From: Antechinus flavipes
Taxonomy: Eukaryota
Assembly: GCF_016432865.1 (NCBI RefSeq)
Contig: NC_067401.1
Span: 152,272,001 to 152,336,000, forward strand
Length of the DNA: 64,000 bases
Direction: 5' to 3'
Made by a program: the position numbers and the translations under genes. Shown one piece after another: positions 14,040-25,600 of this stretch (position 1 is the stretch's first letter; the number at the start of each line of letters is the position of its first letter). The notes beneath the pieces were generated by a model. That model was not told the DNA's origin. It ran no database searches and saw only the letters and a program-made list of their open reading frames with translations.

Positions 14040-14560
14040 ACTTTTCTTGCCACTACAATTTTCCATTTGGTTTTTGGCTTTCCTCACATGCTTATCTTTT
14101 AAATATTTCAATCTACTCTTCTTATTCTCCTTTTCCTATCTCATTCCAGCCATATTCCAATCATGGGTCACAATCTATCAAATTTTGATATTACTTATGA
14201 GATCAAATTTGTCTATATAAGTGTTTGGATTTCTAGTTCATGTTGGCTATGGATTTATTCTGGGTCTTTTCTTAAAATTTGTGTCCTATGAATTTTTGGA
14301 AATCTCCATGATTTAGAATATCTACCTTAGTAGATATTAGCAATGTTATTCTCCCTTGTCTTATTCCCCAGTTCAAACTCCTCTGATTACATTTGTAAAT
14401 CTATCAATCATTTTTAAACACATAATAATACAAATAACACAAATAATACAATAACACAAAATAATAATAATGACACACTTATAACATCAAAATTTCTAAA
14501 TCCTACTACATCATGTCACTCCTTGTGAGATACACTCCATCCCTGATTAAATACTCATTG
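14040..14560 (-). mobile_element. L3/CR1 ORF1 end and ORF2 endonuclease start
   Basis: Minus: YLIRDGVYLTR (DGVY at 14530-14541, cf. CR1 RDGVHLT) then DKFDLIS...THDWNMAG at about 14230-14150 (cf. KYDLIGITETWWD.THDWN). Confidence 0.7.
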
Positions 14561-14659
14561 TTTCTGTATTTTAAATATTAGTTCAGGAATGTAAAATACA
14601 TTCTCAAACATTATCTTTATAAGTTCTGTTCATTTCCCAAAGTGAATTTTCTTATTGGG

Positions 14660-14901
14660 ATGTAGCCCTAGTCTTGAAGGAGACTGAGGTTTATGATCTC
14701 TTGGGTTCAGTAAATCTAATCTACAGTGAACTAAACAGATCAGGAAACCTCATCAATTCTTACATTATTACTATGATTAGAGTAGGAGAAGAGTTTACCT
14801 AAAGGGGGTTGAATTAGTCAAGTTAAAAAATGGAATTATAGTGGAATCGAGTCGGTGAGTAACTCCTGGATATAGGCCTGGCTAAGATTGAGAGACCCAA
14901 T
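14660..14901 (-). mobile_element. Possible solo LTR inserted in L3 ORF1
   Basis: about 240 bp non-L3 block interrupting colinear L3 ORF1; plus strand starts tgtagccc (minus strand ends GGGCTACA); other end abuts a poly-T run; no TSD confirmed. Confidence 0.3.
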
Positions 14902-14929
14902 CTTTTTTTTTTTTTTTTTTTTTTTTTAA

Positions 14930-15440
14930 ATCTGATTTTCTCTTCTGAAGCCCTTATTTTCAAATGATTACAAAGTTGAAAATACCATCTGTGACCCTTT
15001 GGTTTTCAATTTCTTGCCCAAGAAATCCATAGCAATGCCTTCTGGCGCATAACTTATTCTCATGTGAATCACCAGAAAGGGATCATAGCCATCAGGTTTA
15101 ACAGGTGTGGGGAGATTTTCTGCAACATCCTGTATATATAGCCTAAGAAGACAGTAGATCTTTTTATTGTTAATGTCAATTTGACAAATAGCTGTCTCTG
15201 TACAACTTGACAAGGGTACCACTGACCACTATTTATTGCTTCATCCTCTGACCCTGACTGGATACTCTCTCATCTGATAATATCTATGGATCCATATCAT
15301 TTTTCATTGGCAAACAGAAAGTAGCTATTTTGTTTCTTTTTCAAAGGATCTACCTCCTTCTTCTTTGCAAAAAGCTGTTACTTAGCTTTAAGAATTCATT
15401 GGTCTTCATTCTTGCCTTTTTCTTGGGTCAGTTTCTTTCT
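14930..15440 (-). mobile_element. L3/CR1 ORF1p SGNH esterase-like domain
   Basis: ORF 14968-15222: TETAICQIDINNKKIYCL...IQDVAENLPTPVKPDGYDPFLVIHM...LGKKLKTKGSQMVFSTL aligns by eye to CR1 ORF1 TEAAICRPD..SREVCCL...IQDVTERLPRLIKPSD.YPFLLLHV...LGRRIK..GAQVVFSSIL. Confidence 0.8.
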
Positions 15441-18057
15441 CTCACTAGCCTCCCCAGATAGATGGTCAGGATTCTACTTAATAAGCTAGAAGGCACAGCG
15501 GATAGACCTTTTGAGCCTGGGCTCAAAGAAAAAAGCTGAATTCAAAAGCAGACTCAGAAACTTAATAGCTGTTTGAACAAGTCACTTAACCTTTATCTGC
15601 CTTGGTTTCCTTAGCTATAAAATAGGAATAATAATAGCACCTACTTCCCAGAGGTGCTGTTTGGAAAAAGAATATTTGTAAAATGTTTAGTATAGTGCCC
15701 AGCATATGGGTACAATAAGTGCTAGTTTCTTTCCTTCTTTGAATTCCTTTTCATCCTCGTGTTTTTACAATGAAAGCTATGTTTTATTTTTCTTTTTAAT
15801 TTATTCTTCATTTTTTTTTCTTGAAACTTGGAAAGTAGGATAGCATTCTTATAATTTTTTGATATTTTTTTTTTTTAGAAAGGAGACTAGAATGCAGCTA
15901 TGTGGTCCAGTAGATACAATGTTGGACTTGGGAATCAGAAAGACCCTCCAAATCCATCATTAGATATTGACTAGCTGTGTGATCCTGAACAAGTCATTTA
16001 ATCTTTATTTGCTTCAATTTCTTCTTTTGTAATGATAATGTAATATAATGATATATAACATAATGTAAGGATAATATAATTATAAAGATGATTATAATAT
16101 CACAGAATTGTTGTGAGAATCAAATGACACTTTATAAAATGCCTTGTGAATGTTATTATTATCATTATTGTTATTAATATTATATTGATGGAGAAAGGCA
16201 AACATCATGCTTTCTGTGAAGTCCAGAATTCACTCTTCTTTTCATATTTGCTAGAAGTAGGATCTTTCCTCCTTTACCATTTTTACAAGAAATTTTTGTG
16301 AAATGCTCTCTTTCCATATAGGTATGGGGCCAATTCAGTATACATTGAGATTTTATATATATGAAATATGTAATAATAATAATGATATATATGTGTGCAT
16401 ATATATATGGCTTGTGTATTTCAAGTAGCTCTTTTTTAGAGACAGGAGTCTCCTTATTTTAGTCTCTTGTTTTCCCCAATCTCCCATGCATCTTACTATT
16501 TGAATTATCTTATATGTCCAATTTATATAACTAGAGTCAAAATCTGACTTTTAAAAAGTCAGAGTTAAATGATCTTTTGGGAGTAGGTAGGATATATCCC
16601 CAGGGAAATTATGGTAAATAGAAGAAAGTACATTTTTGTATTATGATTGATAATAAGCTCATGGAGCTTGTTTATCCCAAGAATCCATCCCATAAATCCA
16701 ATTATAAAAAATCTCTAAGAAAGTTATTAAATTTTAAGTGACAAGTTGCTGAAGGTGTACAGGATAGTGGGAAGAGACTTAAACAGACATAAAAAGATCT
16801 GGATTGGACTCCCTGTTCTGCTATTTACTCATTTGGGGACTTTGGTGAGTTCATTTAATCTGGCAGATCCTCAGTTTCCTTATTTGTGAAACCAGGATAA
16901 TATAACCTGTCATTTCCTATCTACAGAGTTTTTCTGGGTACCAAATGCTATGATAACAGAGATAAAAGTGTAAGGTGCCTATGCAAACATAAAGCATATT
17001 TGTTCTAGGTCATAGATCAGAAATACCAGGGTCTCTGGCCACTGTTCCTTCCTTCCATTCCTGAGGAAAGTATAAACAGGGGAGGTTATCCCACAGCTAC
17101 CTGGCATATTTCCCACTGACCCCTTGGGACAGCCCCATTTTGCCAAAAGGCATGTCTGTTGTTGTTCATTTTAGGTAGAAGAAGCTGTCAGAAGCATGGC
17201 TGTAAGTTCCTGGACTTTCCCAGGTCACAGGGACCAAAGGGACCAAAGTGATAAAAATCTTGTTAGGCAGTGGAGAGGCCAAGAGGAACATCTTTATCTT
17301 GTCCAATTTTTAAAATTGTATTTAGAAGTTTGACATTCAAGCCAGAAAGATATGAAGGACCTGGGATGAATACAAGTGGGAGAAAAAAGTCTTGTGGGTG
17401 TTAGATGTACCACCTACCACCCTCCATAAGATTCTAAGGACTCACTTTTTTCCATAGAAGTGAGTTTGGCAAATGGAAGGTTTTCTGTGTGGCCAGTAAC
17501 TGTGCAGATACTCTTCCTTGAACATGTAGTGACCTGTTTTTTCACTGACAAGGGTGTGGTCTTGAACGTGCAAATAAGAGGCATTGTTAATGTAGAGACC
17601 GGAACTGGAGTAGATGTCTGGGACCCAGTTCCAGTTCAGTGATTATGTGTGATTTTGGGAAAGTCGCTGGACCCATTTCCTGATCTGCAAAGTGAGGGAG
17701 CTGGACTATATAACCACAAACTTTCCCTCCAGATTTGACACATTCTGTAATGGTTTAGTGTCTTTGAAATGAACTCCACTCAGCTGACCCACAGTGACAT
17801 CTGGACTTTCCTCCTTTGTTTTATGAACAGGCTGTGCTTAAAAGGCAGTTAGCTGTTAATTTCAGAAGTCAATTCAATTGAACGATTAATCCCACATTGT
17901 AGAAACCCCTTTCTATTTCTTCATTTCAAGAGTCCAATGGGAAGAGGCCAGTTTTGGAGACGAGGTTCATATATTCAGGCGTCCACTAAAATGTTGTTGG
18001 ACTAATACTTTTTGAAATTAGAGGGAAAAGTCTAATGTTTTGCATTATTGTGGTTTA

Positions 18058-18185
18058 TGGAAAGGAAGGGAGGAAGGAAAGGAAGAAGAGAAAAAGGGAA
18101 AGAAGAAAGGGAGGAAGAAAGAAAAGAATAAAGGAGAAAAGGGAGGAAGAAAAGAAGGAAAAAGGTAGGAAAGAAAGCAGAAAAG
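18058..18185. repeat. GA-rich low-complexity tract
   Basis: ggaa/gaaa repeats. Confidence 0.9.
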
Positions 18186-18379
18186 TTTCTTTGGTTACAT
18201 CCAAACTACCATTTAGAGAAGAGAGGTCTACTGTTTTTTAATAGCAAACCAAGAAGGAACTACTTTGCATTATATTTGCACGACCACATTTTAATGTCCA
18301 AAGTCAAAATACTAGTCTTATCACTCCTCCCCTCCCTCTCTCCACCTCTTTACCCATTTTTATCTTTCTTCCTGGTAAC

Positions 18380-19020
18380 TCCACTCTCGCACTGCTGGTA
18401 AGGTAGGATTACACTACCTGTTGGGCTGTTCTTCCAGGATCTCAGTCTGAGCCCTGGAATTGGAAACAAGTCCTTGGTTGAGAGGAATAAACCGATCGCT
18501 GACCATTCCGTTCTGCAAAGGTTCTGTGATTATGGGCCCAGAATAAACAGGATGGAAAGCAGGGAGCTTAGGGGACATTGTACATTCTTCATTTGTGCTT
18601 GGGCCTCCTTCCTCTTTTTTTTTTTTTTTTTCCTCCCTCTCTCTCCTTTGCTCACCCCAAACCCAAGTAAGTTGGGAGGTGGTAGAGGGAGCGGAGGTAC
18701 CCTCGAGACTTAGGGACAAGTGTCTTGAAGAGGAAGAAGGTGTAGTTGGAAGAAAAGACTTTGCTGGCAGTCATTTACACTTGGGCTGAGCTCAGCGGGG
18801 AGAGTTCTGCAACTGTAAGAGGTTAAAACTTGCCCCTGTGTTTACTTTTGTTGGCGGCCACCCTGCATAATAATCTGTCAACACGTCAGGTGCGGATTTA
18901 TTTGTGCATTAAAAATTGCCTAGAGCAGGCGGATGTAGACGTTCTGCAGCATGCTGGAAAATGTGCCTCCAGCACAAAAAACAGCCTCTCCAAATAGTTC
19001 ACCCTTTTAATAAGTGCATT
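18380..19020. promoter_or_regulatory. CpG-enriched promoter/enhancer-like element
   Basis: about 12 CpGs in about 560 bp of non-repeat DNA against a strongly CpG-depleted background; clustered TGTTTAC (18839-18845), TGACAG on minus (18875-18880), TGACGTGT on minus (18881-18888), CAGGTG (18887-18892); splice-donor-like sites on both strands. Confidence 0.55.
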
Positions 19021-20130
19021 TAATTAAAGTCGTATAACTCTTTTTTTATTATATTAAAAAAAAAAAAAAAACTTAGCCTGCTGAGGCTGAAAATAAACTT
19101 TCCAACACAAAGACGGAGTATACTCCCCCTTCCCCCTTTAAAATGGAAAACTCACCAGCATGTTGCATTCTCTTCATTGCTTATCATATGTTTATTTGTA
19201 AGTTGGTTCTGGGTAACAACTTGACTACTGGGCCTCAGTGATATGTCAGGGGGCAGTGCCTATTCGTGGTTTAAAGTGAGGTTATACCAAGTTGGATGGG
19301 CACCTCTTGTGGGTTCCTCTCTGCTCATCAACGGTATGTCATATTGGATTCGAAATTTGTGACCAAGGGAGGGTTGCAACATCAGCTCTCTAGGAACGAG
19401 GATAAGGATGGAAGTAAAGATGGATCTAGTTTTAGATACTTTTTCAGAAATTGTATTTCTGAAAGTAACATTGTATTCAGAATTGAGAATTATTGTAGTG
19501 ATTATGGACAAGCATGGAAAGGACTTAGCAATGGGAAAAATAAAACATGGACCTCCCACCATCCGAGAGTCCAGTTGAAGATAAGAGACAAAAAAAAGAA
19601 TATTCATCTGTAGGTAAGAAAATGAGGCAAAGTGTGGAAGTGAACAGTGTTGGATTTAGGAAGTTGGGAGTCAGGAACATCTCTAGTTTAAATCCTTGCT
19701 TAGCTGTGTGACCCTGGGCAAGCCACTCTCTCCGCCTTACTTTCCTCATCTTTAAAATGGGGATAATAAGGACCATTCTCACAAAACCTGGCTGTTGTGA
19801 GATTCAAATGAGATAATTTCTGAAGTGCTTAATGTTATTAATAATGATTACACACATTCTTGAAATTCTTGGTTTTGAGGCTGATAATATAAAAGCAATA
19901 AATACTATTCTTCAAACTTATTTTTTCTTTAATAATTCTGAAAATCTCTGAATAGGTCAAGGTTTTTGTTTTGGTTCCAAGGTGGTGACAGGAGGATTTT
20001 TGTAGAGGAACTTTGCATTTGCCAATGGATTAGGAAATCTGTCAGTGAGAAAGTGGTGGTCTCAGCTACGGACAAGCTGTGTGTGATGCGCCACAGTTGG
20101 AATGTCCTAGTTAGGGAGGCAGGGGCCAAG

Positions 20131-20131
<1 letters not shown>

Positions 20132-20176
<45 letters not shown>
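20132..20176. repeat. (TG)n microsatellite
   Basis: pure TG run. Confidence 0.98.
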
Positions 20177-20179
<3 letters not shown>

Positions 20180-22089
20180 AAGGGAGGTACCTGTGGGGAG
20201 GGAGCTGAAAGTCTCTGCTTGGTAATGGAGCACCAATCTCACAGCATACAAGCAAGGATGATTTGGAGCCTAATAATTAGGGGACACCAGAGTTGTCAAG
20301 AGAGATGCTGTGGAAAAACCTCATAAGAGCTTTATGGCCCAGAGAATAGCCTCAAGGGTTCAGATGTGGAACCTATGAGATCCAAGACTAGATATTCTTG
20401 GCAATTTTAAGGTAAGGATGGTTAAAAAAAAAAATAAAAGCCCCAAACTTGTCCCATGTTGGTTTCTTAGCTGTGGAGACATTCCAATGGGAGCACTGTG
20501 GGATGGGTGGTATCTGTGCCTCTTAAACAGAAAAGCACTATGGCCCCAAGAATTCTAGGCATGGAATTTTGGGAGTTTAAGGAGATCCAGCCCACTTCTC
20601 ATTAGCATACTGGTCTTCATTGTTCCTCAGGGAATGCCCATTAGCTTTTTATGGCAAGGAGAAATGGAAGTGGAGAGAGGGGGAGTAGAATTGGTTTGCC
20701 CAGGGCCACCCAGCAAGAGCTAAGGGACTAGGCAGTCTTTTTGGTTGTCATCTTGCTGGCCTTGTTGAAAAAAATAGGTCTATTACTAATTTTTTTTCCT
20801 CTGCAACATCTTCAATTTCCATTTATTTGCAAACTTTTTGAAATTGAAATAGCCCCTATCATTGTTTAATTTTTTTCAACCCTCTGCCCCACTTTCTACT
20901 GAAAAAAAAAAAAAAGAGGGAAAAGGAGTTGTATGGCATATATTTTTTAAAAATTAAAGTAAATTAAGGAGAATTTCATGATACCCTTTCAGATCACTGT
21001 ATTTTGAATTAAGAGCTATTGTTTCATAGATATTTGAGTGACTCCTATGCACAAGACAATGTACGAAGACATAATGTAGGGAAATACAAAACATGGTCTT
21101 CCTTATCCTCAAGGACTCTAGTTCAAGATATGAGACAAAAATAGTGCCAATGGAATATTTCCATGTATTCTTATTAATGCCATTATTAAATATTATTGTG
21201 TGGCATTTCTAATGCAATAGCTTTATTTTAAGGTCAGCTTCTTACTTATTTAATAATGTATCCTTTGACATTGAAGGAAGAATAACTGTAAACCAGTTCA
21301 GTAAGCACATGATTTGAGTACCAATAATCCAGAGAAACTCTATACTAGGTACTGTGGGAGTAGATTGTAAACTCCTTTGAGGTCAGGGATTATTTTTGTT
21401 AGTTTATTTGTATCTGAATCTCCAACACCAGGAAGAGTGGCCTTGTATATAATAGACAATAAATACTTGGTGGATTGGATTAGAAAGAGGTACAAAATAA
21501 GTAAGAAAGTATAAATAGAAGATAAACTTAGTTTTAGACCTAGAGGTATACCTAGATGGTATCATTGGAAGACAAGTGTATCAGGAGTAAAGAGACTTGA
21601 ATTCTGCTAAAAATACCATGATGAATGGCAGCTTAGTATGTTGAAAAGAATCACCAATTCAATTCTTGGGTTCTGTCTTTTACTAGAGATATAGCCTTGG
21701 ATAAGTCACTCATCTAATCTCCGGTTTGCTAATCTGAAGAATGGGCAAGTTTTACCACATAATTTGGAAGTCTTTTCTAGCTCTAAAATGTTCCAACATA
21801 ATCATTCTTTCAGCTTTCATTATTAGGCTATGTCAATCTGATGTAAGCCACCTGAAACCCTTTCTGTTGTTTAGTCATTTCAATTGTAACTTATTCTCAC
21901 ATACATTTGTCTAGTTCTAACGTCTCTTCTAACTAGTTTATAATTATCCTCTTTCAATGTCAAAGACATCACTGTGAAATAAGTAAGAAGCTGACTCTTA
22001 AAATGGAGCTATTGCATTAGAAATACACACAAATGTTAATAGTGGTATTAACAAAAATACATATAGGATATTCCTTTGGCACTTTATCT

Positions 22090-22990
22090 TTTGTTGTATA
22101 CATTCATAGCTTTCATCTCTATCTGTTGAACATCTCATGCTTCATATCTTGTAGACATCTTAAGCTCAACGTATCCAAAACTAAATTAATTACTTTTTCC
22201 CTAAATCCTTTCTTATTCCCAATTTCCCTGTTTCTGTAGAAGGTACCAACGACTTTGCAGTCACTCAAACTTAGAATATAATTATCATCACTGATTCCTT
22301 GCTCTCTCTCACATCCCATATCCAATTGGTTTCCAAATCCTGTCATTTCTACCATTTATTGCCTGAACTATTGCAGTATCTGGTTAGTTGGTTCCCCTGC
22401 CACAAGTCCCTCTTCATTTGAGTCCAAGTTTTACTCAGCTATCAAATTGACCCTGTCACCCTTCAGTGGCTTTCTATTACCTCTGTTACCTTCAGGATCA
22501 AAAATAAAATCCTGTGTTTAGCTTATTATGTCCTATATAACCTGGCTCCTTTCTACTTTTCCAGTCTTTTAACATCTTACCTCTACATTTTTCCTCCACT
22601 CTACAAATACAATGTAGTATTCTGCAGTACAGTATCACTAAGTGTCTCTACTATTTTTGGCACATAATTCCATTTCCCTGTTCTGAGCATTTTCATGAAT
22701 TGCCCCTCATATTTGGAACTCTCCCTCTCCTCATCCCCCCCTCCTGGCTTCCTTTAAATCTCATTTAAAGTCCCACTTTCTGCAAGAAGCCTTTTCTGAA
22801 TCTCTTTAATCCTAGTGTTTTTCTCTTTTGATTGATTAATTTATTCTGTAGATATCTTGTTTGTACAGAGTTGTCTTCATGTTGTCTTCCACATTAGTTC
22901 ATTGAAGAAAGCATGTATTACCTTTTTGCTTTTTGTTATATCCCCAGCACTTAGCACATTGCCTGGCATATATAACTGCTTAATAAATAT
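22090..22990 (+). mobile_element. L2 LINE 3' portion
   Basis: aagctcaacgtatccaaaactaaatt...cagtggctttctattacct...cttagcacattgcctggcata...cttaataaat, typical L2 sense 3' end. Confidence 0.8.
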
Positions 22991-23514
22991 TCTTTGTGTG
23001 ATTTTGCAAAAATAACCTTTCTGTTCCTTCATCTATGTGGGAAATTTCCCATCTAAATAAAAGATCACACCTTCTTTACTTTAAAAAAGATAACAACAGG
23101 ATGGTTTCTCCCTTCCATAATTCTTGGGATATGTTCTTGAATTCTACAGAATCAAGAAGGGCTGCATGAGATAGTTCCAAGTGCAAAATATAGAAAATTA
23201 AGGGACTATTCATCAGTAGATCATTTGCTTTAGTCTGTAACTTTGCCTAAGTCTAGCAAAATCATATTTCATTTCTAGTTTTGTGCCATGAAATTGAAAC
23301 TCAATCCAGTCAAAAGCAAAATGATGCTGGGAAGTGTGATAGGAAAGTAGAGAGTAACAAATCAGTTTGGGCCACAACCTGCACATTCATGGCTTGCACT
23401 GTCAGGGTTGGGAGTGAGGTGGAAGGGAGAGTGTAGTGTATTTAGATGACTATCAGTGATCTGGAGCTTTCCTAGCATGATGCTGCTCACCTGAGAAAAA
23501 GATCTAATTAGCCC

Positions 23515-23891
23515 NNNNNNNNNNNNNNNNNNNNNNNNNNNNNNNNNNNNNNNNNNNNNNNNNNNNNNNNNNNNNNNNNNNNNNNNNNNNNNNNNNNNNN
23601 NNNNNNNNNNNNNNNNNNNNNNNNNNNNNNNNNNNNNNNNNNNNNNNNNNNNNNNNNNNNNNNNNNNNNNNNNNNNNNNNNNNNNNNNNNNNNNNNNNNN
23701 NNNNNNNNNNNNNNNNNNNNNNNNNNNNNNNNNNNNNNNNNNNNNNNNNNNNNNNNNNNNNNNNNNNNNNNNNNNNNNNNNNNNNNNNNNNNNNNNNNNN
23801 NNNNNNNNNNNNNNNNNNNNNNNNNNNNNNNNNNNNNNNNNNNNNNNNNNNNNNNNNNNNNNNNNNNNNNNNNNNNNNNNNNNNNNNNNNN
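23515..23891. other. Assembly gap (377 N)
   Basis: run of N. Confidence 1.
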
Positions 23892-25289
23892 NGGGAGGTG
23901 AATATGCATTGTTGAGTTAGTGGAAGGAAGAAAGAAAGTAGAAATTCCTCTGAATCCTCGTAAATCACTTACACCCATGTTTTACAACATAGGAATTGTG
24001 GAAGCATTCTCTTGAGAAAGCAGACCTCAAACTGCTGAACTCAGAACTGTGGAACTCTAGACATCGGTTTGGTGGTAGCTGTGGGCAATTGTGTTGTATG
24101 CATTTGAATGGGGATAGCTTGGCCTCTTCTGCTTCTTGAACCTTTTCTCTGTCATCCATATCTTTCTTCTGATGTTTAAAATGGGCTGTACTGCTGAGAG
24201 GGACTAGCGCTGTGGACATCTGAATAACCTCTTCTTCATGTTTTCTGTCAGGTAAATAGTCTATATTTATTGAAAGGATGGGTAGAGAGGTATAAGATGA
24301 ATAGAAGGAATTATGGAATCAAAAGTATGAATGCGCTTGCTCTAAATTTTAGAATAAACCAAGAATTGGCAAACATCCTTAAATCTTGCAAAGTCTAAGT
24401 CATGTCAGCCATGGCACTTCTAGAAAAAAAGTACTCAGTGGCAAAGTCCTGCCTTGTACCTGTCTCCTTTGATGCCTGAAGATGAACCTAGTAAGGGATT
24501 TTCAGGCTTTGGACTGTTTTGGTAAAGATATTTTCATCCTCTTCAGCCAAGGGTTTCAGTCATTGTAGTTGCCACCCTTCTGTTATTGCCAGTACCAAAC
24601 CTACCCAGATCCCACCAATATTTCCTTGTCATGGCTTATGTTTTGTGAATGAGCCCGGGGGAAGGGGTAGATTTCAAAGCAGCTCCTGAGATATTATACA
24701 TCTTTATCTGATCCTAATTCCATGGATGTGTTGAAAGAGTGTCGATTTCAGATGGAGACATAAAATACCTCTTCATCTTGATGGCAGACTACATCAGGGT
24801 GAACTCTGCTTGCGAGTCATTCTTCTCTAGGTATCTTTTGCTGCACATCTTTTTCTTGCTCAGGAGATAGAATTCCATTTAAAAGACAGCTACAGCACCT
24901 GTGCCAGCACAATTGCATTCTTCCATTGAAATATCTCAGTAGAAAGAACTATGAGCACAAGTGGGTTTTCCAAGGGGTTTTCAGGGGAGTAAAAGGATTG
25001 AGTAAAGCACTTTTTTGCTCCAAAATTCTGGCTTCATTTGTGAAAGCAAGGATGGCTCAAGTATTCATTTGGGACCACTATGATTGATCCTCGAGCATTT
25101 ATATTACAATTAATGCAAAATCAACTCATTTTGATTCCCTTTCTTACTTTCCACTAAGCAGCAACTTGACATAATAGTATATTTGAAACACCCAGGAAGA
25201 AGTCTAGGGAAAGAACTCAGTTTGAGGTCCATTTACTGTTAGGAACAAGCTTTTGGGAGCCATCTCTCCACTGTAGGCATTCTTTCTGC

Positions 25290-25600
25290 TGTTCTTATGT
25301 CTGGAATTCTCTTTTTTCTCTGCTCCAACTACTGACCTCCCTGGCTTTCTTTAAGTCCCAACTAAAATCCTACCTGCTACAGCAAATATCCCCCAAACCT
25401 TCTTAAATCCAATGCATTCCCTACATTATTCCCCCCATTCTGTTATATAGCTTGCTTTGTATGTTTGTTTACATATTGTCTTCCTCATTTGATTCTTTGA
25501 ATCAAATTTCTTGAGTCCCCTCAAGAGGGACTGTCCTTTGCCTATTTTTGTATCCCCAAGATTTAGGTTATTGCCTGGCACCTAGCAGAAGCTTAATGTT
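25290..25600 (+). mobile_element. L2 3' end
   Basis: cctggctttctttaagtcccaactaaaatcc...ttgtatcccc...tgcctggcacctagcagaagcttaat. Confidence 0.7.

Noticed and set aside
16543-16563. Palindrome TCTGACTTTT-A-AAAAGTCAGA
   Set aside because: 10-bp arms built on an A/T run; expected by chance, no element context
18480-18500. SDRFIP resembling the APC/C activator C-box (DRFIP of CDC20/FZR1)
   Set aside because: Five-residue match only; no WD40 exons or other CDC20/FZR1 sequence in the window
23504-23978. 154-156 aa ORFs (and 49736-50026)
   Set aside because: Artefacts of N-gaps translated as X
24540-24940. Protein-looking minus-strand frame with scattered stops (possible pseudogene or viral insert)
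   Set aside because: No recognisable family motif; stop density compatible with random sequence
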